From positions 44,512,001 through 44,576,000 of the forward strand of contig CP068257.2 of the NCBI GenBank assembly GCA_009914755.4: 64,000 nt of DNA. The letters are read 5' to 3'. This DNA is from the human T2T-CHM13v2.0 reference genome, Homo sapiens. The position numbers and the translations under genes are program-made. Positions 22,941-36,989 of this stretch are shown here, piece after piece; within the stretch, counting starts at the first letter, position 1, and every line of letters starts with the position of its first letter. Below the pieces are notes generated by a model. That model saw only the letters and a program-made list of their open reading frames with translations. It searched no databases and was not told where the DNA came from.

Positions 22941-23454
22941 GGCCAGCACCTTGATCCAGATGCTCCTCTCTGGGCAGATGGAAGGACAGGGCCAGTGCTC
23001 CGCAGCCGCCGCCAGGGCCTTTATACGCTCACCGGCAGCACCTCCCCACCGGCTTCTCATTAACCAGCAAGGCACAAGGAGCAGTGGGGCCAAGGTCCCT
23101 GTGCAGCCGCGGAGTGGGGTGCTGCAGAGCCACCCCGGGTGCTGTTGACCCAGAGGGGATGGCTCCACTCAGCCAGAGTGTGGGTTCCCGGAAAAGAAGC
23201 ACATGCCAGGGTGAAGGGGCATGTGCCGAGGACCCCCAGTAGCATCAGGCCAGCCTGGCTGGAATCCTGTCGTGACGAGGCCTCCCTGTGCCCCTGCGGG
23301 TGACCCTCGTGACCCTGTGCTGCCTTCTGGGAGGCCTTCCAGGCAGCCCGTGGGGCCTGCGTTTGTTCCTGGAGGAGCCTGGACCCCTGGGGCTGTGGAG
23401 GGCGAGAGGCCAGCATGAGGCCCTGGCTCGCAGCACCCAACTGAGGTCAGCTCA

Positions 23455-23800
23455 GCTCAGACAGGAGAGTGCAGGGGAGCACGCGTGTGAGAGTGAGTGA
23501 GGATACACGTGAGGGCAGGGCAGGGGAACACGTGAGAGTGCAGATACACGTGAGCACAAGGCAGGGGAGCACATGTGTGAGAGCGTGGATACATGTGAGC
23601 ACAGGACAGGGGAACACGTGTGAGAGTGAGCGAGGATACATGTGAGTGTGGGGTAGGGGAGCACACGTGTGAGAGTGCAGGTACACGTGAGCATGGGGCA
23701 GGGGAAGCAAGCATGTGAGAGTGAGTGCAGATACATGTGAGCGCAGGGCAGGGGAACACGCGTGTGAGAGTGCAGATACACACGAGACGGGCATGTGCGA
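23455..23800. repeat. Minisatellite, ~55-60 bp unit x ~6 (..ggcaggggaacacgtgtgagagtg..gatacatgtgagcac..), FTCD-SPATC1L intergenic
   Basis: Visible periodicity. Cys/His-rich ORFs 23447-23881(-) are artefacts. Confidence 0.8.
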
Positions 23801-23959
23801 TATGGGGGAAGGCAGCTGAGACCCCAGCTCTCTCCAGCTGCTGCTCCCCTGACTACAGGCTCCCCACGAAGTCAGCGGCACCAGGGCCGTGCTCAGAAGG
23901 GAGAACTCCTGTCTCCACGTTCAGCCGCTGCCCACTTGCAGTGCTTTTATCATTTTCTC

Positions 23960-24134
23960 TTTTTTTTTTTTTTGAGACAAAGTCTCACTCTGTCAGCCAG
24001 GCTGGAGTGCAGCGGCACAATCATGGCTTCCTGCAGCCTTGGTCCCCAGGCTCAAGAGGTCCTTTCACCTTAGCCTCCTGAGCATCTGGGCCACAGGCAC
24101 ACACCACTACACTGGCTAACTTTTCCATTTTTGG

Positions 24135-24135
<1 letters not shown>
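23960..24135 (-). mobile_element. Partial Alu (minus orientation)
   Basis: tttgagacaaagtctcactctgtcagccaggctggagtgcagcggcacaatc.. Confidence 0.75.
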
Positions 24136-24886
<751 letters not shown>

Positions 24887-27800
24887 CCACTTGAAGTTCT
24901 TAATGGAACCCCAACCATGTGGGCCTTAGGGACCCCACCTCCGTGGCTACTCAGGGGGACTGGGATGAGACAGGAGCCAGGTAAGCCCAGAAACCTTCAG
25001 AGGCTGGGAGCACACAGAGTTCCCCAGCCAGGGCTCCACGTCTGGAGGCTGGGAGTGGGGGATGGGGTCAGGGATCTGTGTCTGGAGGGAGACCAGGAGG
25101 GGAGGATGGGGTCAGAGCTCTGTGGAGCCTCAAGGGGAGGATGGAGTCAGGGATCCATGTCTGGAGGCCAGGAGGGGAGGATGGGGTCTGTTGAGGGCCG
25201 CACTGCATTCCCTCGAGAAACCATCTGCTGAAGGCCTGACCTCCAGCATGGCAGACTGGATTACCCCCAGCACCGCCGACTGGATTGGATGTGGAGATGG
25301 ACAGGGCGGTGAGAAGAGGGAGAGACACCAGGGATGCACTCAGAGAAAAGGCCAGGAGGACAAAGCAGGGAGGCGGCCGCCTGCAAGCCAAGCAGAGAGA
25401 CCTCAGACAAACAGAATCTGCAGACACTTTGATCTTGTACTCTGGGCCTTCAGGACTGTGATAGAATAAATTTCTGTGGTTTAAGCTGCTGGGTCTGCGG
25501 TACTTTGTGACGGCAGCCGCACACATCCAGGGTCCCGAGGTGCGGGGCACTGGAACATTCTGGCTGTGAGGGTTGCCCACACTGGGCTGGCACCTTCATC
25601 CTCGCACCACAGCAGAGTGACCAGAACCATACACTCGTGACCCAGGACGGTGCCAAGGCCAAGACCTGGCCCTGTCCTCCAGCCCAGCAAATCGCCTGTC
25701 AGGAGAGAGGGTTGGGGCGGGAGGCCCCGGCAGGAGCTGCATGCATTTCCTACCCAGCTACTGCTGGACCAGGGCTTGGCTACAGCTGAGAACACGAGGG
25801 GGAATGGGGCTGGTTGTGACGCCGGCGCTGGTTCTCAGGGGCAGCACTGAGACATTAGAAATGCTGGCAGGTGCTGTAAATAGCTCCTGAATCGGGGACC
25901 CTAAGGGACCCCACTTACAGGAGAAAGAATCTCAGCTATGCCCACACCAGGGTTTCCACCATCTCTCCCCAGTGACAGGCCCAGGGCTACTGATTCCAGG
26001 GCCAGGCAGGCCATACACTTTTCTAACCCAGAGTATGAGACAAACATAGTGGGCCCATAAGTAAATGACTGAATACGGAAGCTGTGTGCAGGAGAATCCG
26101 AGTTCACTTGGGCCGGTGCCCACCTCCGTCCCAGGAGGTGGAAATCATCCCCTAGAAGCTCACTGCCCTCCCGTCTACAGATGGAAGAGCTGGTGCCCAG
26201 GGCCCGGGTGCTGCCCCAGGAGACATGGCCACGCCAGCCACTTCAGGGCCACCCTCCTCACCCTGTTCCCATTTCTCCTCATTTTAATAGTACAGTAAGA
26301 AAAAGTGCAGGAATGGGCTTCACCCTCTCTGCACGGGAGCCCTCCAGAAAGTTCCACGTGCACCTGCAGCTTAGGGGCCTAGGGGGTGGCACTGCCAGGG
26401 TGGGGGTCTAGCTTCTGACCACAGGGCCCCCCCAGGCTAGCCCAGCACAGTGGACAACTTGGGCCCCACTATATGGACAGAGGGTGAGCCATGGGCACCG
26501 CCCCAGCCAAAGCCCCCAGGGGCCACTCCAAGCCAAGCCCAAGAGCCTGGAAGACACTAAGGCTGTTTGGGGGACCCATGGCCAGAGGCTGAGAACCCCA
26601 TTCTTCTAGAGACCCAGAGCACAGGGGCTGAATGCCACCTGCCCACCAGACTGTTCCTGTATAACTCATATGGTTTTTGTTTTCTGGTTTACAATGCTTT
26701 GACCTCTCGGGGGCCTTACTGGCTAGGTGGAGACTGCCCTCCCAGGACTGGCTAATTCCTAGAGACAGCAAAAGGTGCCTGCAAACAGAGCTCCCCTTTA
26801 AGGCACAAGCCAACCCACCTGGAGCCTGTAAACCCAACCACCCCTTATCTGACTCACTCACCAAACCCATGTTCCTCTGCCCTCAATCACCCTGGGGCAG
26901 GACGGTGGTCAACTAGACACCACCCCATAGCCCGGAGCCCAGGGAAATTAACCTGTCCAATCCTAAACTTGCTCCTTCGTGCCTACCCTCCCTGGCCTCT
27001 CTTCCCAGGGAAACCCCCACAGAGCCTCTGGCCATGCTCTCCCCTCTCGCCTTCTGCGTCCTGTTGCCACGGCGCCCCGCCCCGGGCGGCCCTGTGTGGC
27101 ACGGTACGTGCCCTCCTGTGGTTTAAGTAGCTGGGTCTGCAGTACTTTGTGACACACTCTCCTTTAAAGTCAGGGGTCCTGTGTCTGTATCCCACCACAC
27201 CCAACTGAAATAAATCCTGGTGCGTTTCATCACAGCCCTTCCTATCCCAGGCTTGCTGAAAGTATCCACTCGCTGGCACCGAGGGGAAGGGGGCATGGAC
27301 CACCTGGCCGAGACTGTGTGGCTGCAGCCCTAGGCCTGGGGCCCAAAGCTCCTGGCCCAGCCACAGAGCCAGCCCAGTGCCGGCGTGGCCACAGGCGACC
27401 CTCAAAGGTAAGGCCAGAAATCAGCACCCAGCCACAGAGCCAGCCCACTGCCGGTGTGGCCACAGGCCACCCTCAAAGGTAAGGCCAGAAATCAGCACCC
27501 AGCCAGAGCTTCTCAGGCCAGTGGGCCCCTCGTCTGCCGGGCATGAGGTTGGGCCCGCACCCCAGGATCCAGCCCATCTGCACCTGGGAGCTGAATGTTG
27601 TAGCTACCAGCCAGAGTGGGGTCCCCAGCAGTCTCCATCGAGCTCTGAACTGTTAATGTGTGACAGCCCTGCCATCCTCGCCACTATTGCTGAGACAGTG
27701 TGAGGACCAGGCTGAGCGTGCTGGCTTGTGCAGCATGAGCCAAGACTCCCCTGAGACACGGTAAATGCCCCTCGTTCCAGGGCACTTTGGAACTGGGTAT

Positions 27801-27924
27801 CTCCTCAGCCCCAAGGTCCCGCCAATTCACTGAGGGCCCGTCTTCTCGCTGTTCCGGCCTCCGGCAGGGAGATGACCCAGGGGGAGGGGAATTGATGGGT
27901 CAGCTCCCCAGCTCCCCGCTCCGG

Positions 27925-28200
27925 GATGGTGCAAGGTGCACCTGACATGGTCTCCGGGGCTCCCCTGTGCTCGTCCACCCCCAGCACCCCCATGGTCTCC
28001 GGGGCTCCCCGGCGCTCGCCCACCCCCGGCACCCCCACGGTCTCGGGGCTCCCCTGTCCTCGCCCACCCCCAACACTCCCACGGTCTCTGGGGCTCCCCG
28101 GCGCTCGCCCACCCCCGGCACCCCCATGGTCTCCGGGGCTCCCCTGTGCTCGCCCACCCCCAGCACCCCCACGGTCTCGGGGCTCCCCGGCGCTCTCCCG
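27925..28200. repeat. GC-rich minisatellite (~60-bp unit x ~4.5: ctccggggctcccctgtgctcgcccacccccagcacccccatggt..)
   Basis: Visible periodicity. ORFs 27926-28279(+) and 27936-28226(+) are artefacts. Confidence 0.8.
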
Positions 28201-28419
28201 CCTGCGTTGCCACTGCTCAGCCCTAAGGTCCGGGTTCACTGTAACGCGGCTGTTGCCCTTTCGAATTCTTCGCTTTTGAACAAGGGGCTGCGTTTCCATT
28301 TTGCCGGCAGGGGTGCGCAACCATCCGCCAGAACCAAGTCCTTGCCCCAGCTCGGCATTCGGGGAAACCCAAACTGGGACAGGACTCGCCGTCCCGGGCG
28401 GGAAAGCGGGTGGGCGTGG

Positions 28420-28860
28420 AGGCCCGGGGGAGGGGAAGGGGGGAGGGGGAAGGGGAAGGGGGAAGGGGGAGGGGGAGGTGGGAGGGGGAGGGGGAAGGGG
28501 GAGGGGGAAGCGGGAACGGGGGAGGGGGAAGCGGGAACGGGGGAGGGGGGAGGGGGAGGGGGAGGGGGGAGGGGGAGGGGGAGGGGGAGGGGAGGGGGAA
28601 GGGGGAGGGGGAAGCGGGAACGGGGGAGGGGAGATGGGGAGGGGGAGGGGGGAGGGGGAGGGGGAAGGGGGAGGGGGAAGCGGGAACGGGGGAGGGGAGA
28701 TGGGGAGGGGGAGGGGGGAGGGGGAGGGGGGAGGGGGAGGGGGAAGCGGGAACGGGGGAGGGGGAAGGGGGAGGGGGGAGGGGGAAGGGGGAGGGGGAAC
28801 GGGGGAGGGGATATGGGGAGGGGGAGGGGGAGGGGGAAGCGGGGAGAGGGGGCCCCTGCC
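28420..28860 (+). repeat. G-rich purine array ((GGGGGA)/(GGGGAA)/(GCGGGAAC)-type). The G-rich strand is +, i.e. the non-template strand relative to SPATC1L
   Basis: gggaggggaagggggagggggaaggggaagggggaagggggagggggaggtgggag.. runs for ~440 bp. Confidence 0.9.
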
Positions 28861-28984
28861 GGCTGCGGCTCCTTCCTGGCTTCCCTCCTTGAGCACCGAG
28901 CGGCGCTTCCTGCAGGCGGAGCAGCGGCCGAGGCGCCCTCCACGCCCTCAAAGAGCCAGAGGTAAAGGCAGACATGCAAACGGA

Positions 28985-28993
28985 TGATTTTAA
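28985..28993 (-). terminator. SPATC1L: Candidate SPATC1L poly(A) signal ATTAAA (plus-strand tttaat) ~200 nt downstream of the stop
   Basis: gatgattttaatgagg on the + strand. Inference only. Confidence 0.3.
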
Positions 28994-29193
28994 TGAGGGG
29001 TGAGAAGCACTCCGCAGGTGCGGGCAGCGGCGGGCTGCGGTCGGGGCCCAGCACCGGTGGGAGCGGGGCCTTCTCTGGCCTCGCGCGCGGGGGACGCGGC
29101 CCTTTCCCCTCCGGGGGGATGCGCAGGAGGCACCGCGGCCCCGGGTTGGAACAAACGCGTTTACTGCAGGCAAGGCGGCGGGCGCGGGGCGGC

Positions 29194-29520
29194 TCACCAG
29201 GCGAAGAGGGGCTTGCCGTCCTCCTTGGAGAGCTCGCACAGGCAGTTGAGCAGCAGCAGCGAGTCGCCCAGGAACTTGGGGGGCACCACGTCGATGACCA
29301 GCTTGCGCAGCGCGGCCGGGCTGTTGTGCAGGGGGTTGGCGCGCAGGTCGGGCCGCTGCTTCAGGATTCCGTAGGTGTTGATGAGGAACTCGCTGAACGC
29401 CGGGTGCACGTCGCGGCTGTAGCCCAGCTTCTCCAGGCGCGCGCTCAGGGCCAGGTAGCGCTGCGTCAGCTCGCGCAGCTTCCTCTCGTCCACGGAGCCG
29501 TCCAGAGACTTGGTGGAGGT
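29194..29520 (-). CDS. SPATC1L: SPATC1L terminal coding exon ([108 protein letters not shown])
   Basis: C-terminal 108 aa of ORF 29194..30312(-). Acceptor ccgcag|ACC. The stop codon occupies 29194-29196. Confidence 0.87.
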   Translation of the reverse strand, partial: TSTKSLDGSVDERKLRELTQRYLALSARLEKLGYSRDVHPAFSEFLINTYGILKQRPDLRANPLHNSPAALRKLVIDVVPPKFLGDSLLLLNCLCELSKEDGKPLFAW

Positions 29521-29730
29521 CTGCGGGCGCAGCGCATGGATGGGGGTGGGGGGCTCGGGGCCCTCGGACGGGGACTTCCAGGCCCAGGGCCGATCCCTGC
29601 CCCGCCCGCCTGGGTCCCCGGGGTCCCCTCCTGCGGACAGTGCCCGGCCAGGAGCCAAGATCTGGGGGCCGCACAGGGACGGACCGAGCGCCCCGCACCC
29701 TCCTGGCCGCGCCCTCCCCACGGGGCGCAC

Positions 29731-29882
29731 CTGCTTGATCTTCTCGGGGATGTTGGCCACCGTGAAGCCGTAGAGCCGCGTCACGCCCGGGAACACGTAG
29801 GCCAGGATGCGGCGGTCCAGCTGGAAGGCGATCTCGCCCACCACGCGCGTGTCCTTCTCGGCGCCCGCGAAGCTCTGGATCT
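29731..29882 (-). CDS. SPATC1L: SPATC1L coding exon 3 (.[51 protein letters not shown])
   Basis: Same ORF 29194..30312(-). Acceptor ccctcccccag|AG ATC CAG (phase 1, G from the previous exon). Donor CAG|gtgcgc. Confidence 0.85.
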
Positions 29883-30379
29883 CTGGGGGAGGGAAGGCCG
29901 GGGACAAGGTCAGGGGAGCGCGAGGATCCACTGCCCTCGAGGGTGCCCTCGGCCACGTGGGGGGCGGCTCCTCCACCCCCCTCCTCCCACCTGCCGCCAC
30001 CCCCCACTGTCTGGCAAATAGAATCTGAAAGAAAAGGAGCTTCTTAAAGTGCCAAAGGGCAAGCCAGCCTTCCCTTCCCCCTGTCCTCGGCTCCCTTCTG
30101 TCCCTTTGCGATGAGGTAAACCTTTTAATCTCGGGGGTGGGGACTGGTCCCCTGTCACGCGGGAGTCTGCCCCAGCGTCGGCCCCTGCGAGGACAGAGGA
30201 ACCCGGCCCTGGAGGTCTGAGTTGGGACGGGTCCCCTCCAGTGAGGACGCCCGTGGAACAGGGCCGGTCGGCTTGGCTGGGAGGAAGGGGGAGAGTTCTT
30301 CTGTCTTGGCAACCTCTGGGCATCAAAGGCTGCTTTAATGTTTATTCAATAAAACTGCTTCATTCTTTCCTACCTCTGA

Positions 30380-30745
<366 letters not shown>

Positions 30746-31787
30746 TAGGAGACTGCAATGCTCCCACAAAACCTGCTTCCGAACCCCCCTCCCCAGGACA
30801 GCCTCTGATGGCATCCGAGTCCGTAACAGCACATGACCTTGTCCATCTTTTTCCTGGAGGACGGGAAACAGTATCTCATTTGCATTTCACTAACGACTAG
30901 TGATTCGAGCATCTTTTCACGTGCTTATTGGCCATTTATATACTGTATCTTCTTTGGAGAAATATCTATTCAGGTCCTGTAGTGATTTTTCATTGGATTG
31001 TTTGTCTTCTTACTGTTGAATTGTCAGAGTTCTTAAATATTCTGCATACTAGTCCCATTTCAAACGCACAATTTACAAATGTTTTCTCCCATTCTCCGGG
31101 TTGGCTTTTCATTTTTTTGATACTGTCCTTTGAAGCACAAAAGTTTGTTTTTTTGTTTTGTTTTACTTTTGATGAAGTCCAATTTGTCTGTTTCTCTCTT
31201 TTGCTCATGCTTTTGATGTGATCTCTAAGAATCCATTGCCAAATCCAAGGTCACGAAGATTTACCCCTATGTCTTTTCTACAAGTTTTCTGGCCTCAGCT
31301 CTTTGAGACCTCTTAGGTCTTTGATCCATTTTGAGTTAATTTGTGTATGTGGTGTGGAGTAAGGCCCAGCCTCATTCCTTGGCATGTGGATACCTCTTTG
31401 TTCCAGCACCACGCGTTAGACAGTATTCAGTCCCTCCTGAATTGTCTTGGCACTCTTGTTGAAAACCATCTATGTACAGTTTTATTTCTGACCTTCCCAT
31501 TCCATTGCATTGATCTGTATGTCCATCGTTATGGCAGTACCACAGTCTTGTTAACTGTAAGTTTTATAGTCAATTTTGAAACTGGGAAGTATGAGTCCCT
31601 CAATGTTCTCCTTTTTCAAGATCGTTTTACTTATTCTGGTTCCTTACACTTCTATATGAATTTCAGTTTCTGCTTGTCAATTTCTGTAAAGAAGCCACTA
31701 GGATTCTGATTGGGATTGCATGAATCTGCAGATCCAATGTAATCCATATCAAAATTATTGATTTTTGAACAATATAAAGTCTTCTAA

Positions 31788-32135
<348 letters not shown>

Positions 32136-32334
32136 TTTATGTCTTCTTTCATTCCTTTCAGTGATGTTTGTAGTTTTCAGTGTATTTCTTTCCCAATCAC
32201 TTTTCAAGACTGCAGAAGAGGTATGTCAACACACTGCACAGAAGTGTGTTAGGGCCAATGAGGGGTGTGGAAGAGCAGGTGTAATCTCCTCCTTCTGTAT
32301 CAATGTATTTCTCTCATCAAGAATCAAGCTCTTG

Positions 32335-32691
<357 letters not shown>

Positions 32692-33289
32692 CTATAGAAG
32701 AGAAATGATTCTAGTATAGGTTCTAGAAATGATTTCTAGTCCAACCTGGGCTCTGTAAGATCCAGCCAAAAACCTGTTCTTCAAAGGAAAAAGGCCATAC
32801 ATTGATAAACCTCTAGCCAGACTTAGGGGAAAAAAGAAAGAAGACAAAAATTACCACTAGCAGAAATTAGAGATGCCACTACCACAGATTCTACAGACAT
32901 AAAAAGGATAATAAGGAAGTATTAGGAATGACTTTATGCCAATAAATTTGACAACCTAGATGAAATTGACCAATTCCTTAAAAGACACAAACTACCAAAG
33001 TTCACTCAAGAAGAAATAGATACTCTGAATAGCCTTATATCTGATAACCTTACAGGTCACATTTGACAGTTTAAAAGTAAACAGACTTCCAAACTGGCCT
33101 GCTTGGGAAGGTCTTATGATTAATGGTCCCTGAGTAAAGAATCTTATCATGATTTCCTCAGATTGCTGATGTGCTGATTAATGGACTGAAAAGATGCTGA
33201 TTTATTCCTGAATCATAAAGGTTTACTGACTGTCTTGCACAGAGATGTGTTGACCTGTATGTTGTCATCTGTAGCCAATGCTTGTAACC

Positions 33290-33570
33290 TCTGTGTTGTA
33301 CCCTCCAAAGAAAAGGACAACATGAGTATGAGGAGTCCTTTCTCTCCTCCTAGCCTCTCCTGTAGAAGCCTTCTGACTTAGATATGAGTATGAGTCCTTT
33401 CCCTCCTCTTAGCCTCTCCTATAGAAACCTTCTGACTAGAAAAGGACAACATGAGTATGAGGAGTCCTTTCCCTCCTCCTAGCCTCTCCTATAGAAGCCT
33501 TCTGACTTAGACATGAGTATGAGGAGTCCTTTCCCTCCTCCTAGCCTCTCCTATAGAAACCTTCTGACTT
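33290..33570. repeat. ~64-bp tandem repeat x ~4 (..gagtcctttccctcctcctagcctctcctatagaagccttctgacttaga..)
   Basis: Visible direct repeats. Confidence 0.8.
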
Positions 33571-33699
33571 AGATTCCAGAACACTCTCAACTTTGTTGGT
33601 GTGTTCCTCTGGGTTGATCCTCACATTTGGCTTCCAATAAACCTTTATCGAATTATTTGTCTCAACAGCCTTAATTTCAGTTGACATTATCAATAAAAT

Positions 33700-35950
<2,251 letters not shown>

Positions 35951-36129
35951 ATGGACAAAAGACTAGGACAGACACAGCCTTGGACCCCAGCCTCCCAGCC
36001 TGGCTCTCCTCCCTCCACTCTGTGTGACTGGATGGAGAAACGGCCCTGCCTGACCACCCAGTCATGCCCTCCCCACAGCTGCCAGCCTGCACTGGGGGCC
36101 CCCCCAGGTGCCCCCGCACCCGGCCATAC

Positions 36130-36480
36130 CATTGAGGTAGTAGCTCCTCCTGGTCCTGTCCCCGGTGGGCAGGCTGCTCTCCGAGAAACACACCTTCTTA
36201 GGCCGGACCATCTCCCTGGGCTCCAGCAGGGTCTTGTCCACCAGTGAGTCTTGCAAGGGGCTCAGGAGCGGGGACAGCTTCCTGTCGGTGCCTCGGTGGC
36301 TATGTGGCTCTGGGGGACTGAGGAAGGCCTTGAAGGGTGCCTGGGAGGGGGCTGCACAGCCCGGGGAGGTGTCGTCCTCGCTGGACAGGGGGGCATGTGA
36401 GCACAGCAGGTCCTCCAGGGAGGATGTCTGCAGTTGGGAGGGCGTGTCGGCAACACTCGTGAACCTTCCGAAATCTGGAA
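36130..36480 (-). CDS. SPATC1L: SPATC1L coding exon 2 (.[116 protein letters not shown].)
   Basis: I translated the minus strand 36480->36130 by hand. The end matches ORF 36062..36256(-). Acceptor cccgcctcag|TT CCA GAT; donor AATG|gtatgg. Confidence 0.85.
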
Positions 36481-36989
36481 CTGAGGCGGGGAGGAAAGGG
36501 ATGAGAAATCAGGCTGATGCTCCTAAAACATTCCTGGGAAGTATAAAGAACATGTTAACAACCCCTATGCACCCCACCCCAAGCTTCAACACCTGCCGGG
36601 GTTTCCCTGGCTTCAGAGCATCCTCCTTCCCCTCAGGCCTCAAGTGTAAAAGGAGGAGCTGGATGTGGTGAAGTGGCCACAGGTGCCCATCCTGCCCGTG
36701 GGAGCACTGCGTCTATGGGCACAGCAAGCGGGCAGGCCTCCGTGTGCCTCCTGCCTGCCTGTGTGCCCACACACACTGGAGAATGACTTTTATATGCTTA
36801 AGTTGTACATAAATGGTAGCACCCTACACATTTTATTCTGCAACTGAACTTTTTGCTGCTGCATTATCTCTTTGAGATTTATCCACCCTGAGCCATCTGG
36901 TAGCTACCTGGTTCATTTAACTGTTTCCTGGCAACTCTGTACACATGAGCACAAATACAGACACACACACTGAATTTTTAACCCTTGCC

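Larger units (their letters stand above)
29000..29900. promoter_or_regulatory. CpG-dense island covering the two 3' coding exons of SPATC1L
   Basis: CG dinucleotides recur every few bases (gcgcgcgggggacgcggccc.., ccgcgtcacgcccgggaacacgtaggcc..). A 345-aa antisense ORF 28984-30021(+) exists only because of the GC bias. Confidence 0.6.

Noticed and set aside
22900-23000. Apparent single-base discrepancies between my manual base counting and the supplied ORF coordinates at a few line boundaries (e.g. near 4920/4921 and 22980/22981)
   Set aside because: These are most likely my own miscounting of G-runs. I anchored exon coordinates to the ORF table arithmetic and flag a +/-1-2 nt uncertainty instead of reporting a sequence anomaly.
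27805-30021. 363-aa and 594-aa minus-strand ORFs and a 345-aa plus-strand ORF around the SPATC1L 3' end
   Set aside because: These are extreme GC/CpG-island and minisatellite composition artefacts. Only the segments matching the SPATC1L C-terminal exons (29194-29520, 29731-29882) are genuine CDS.
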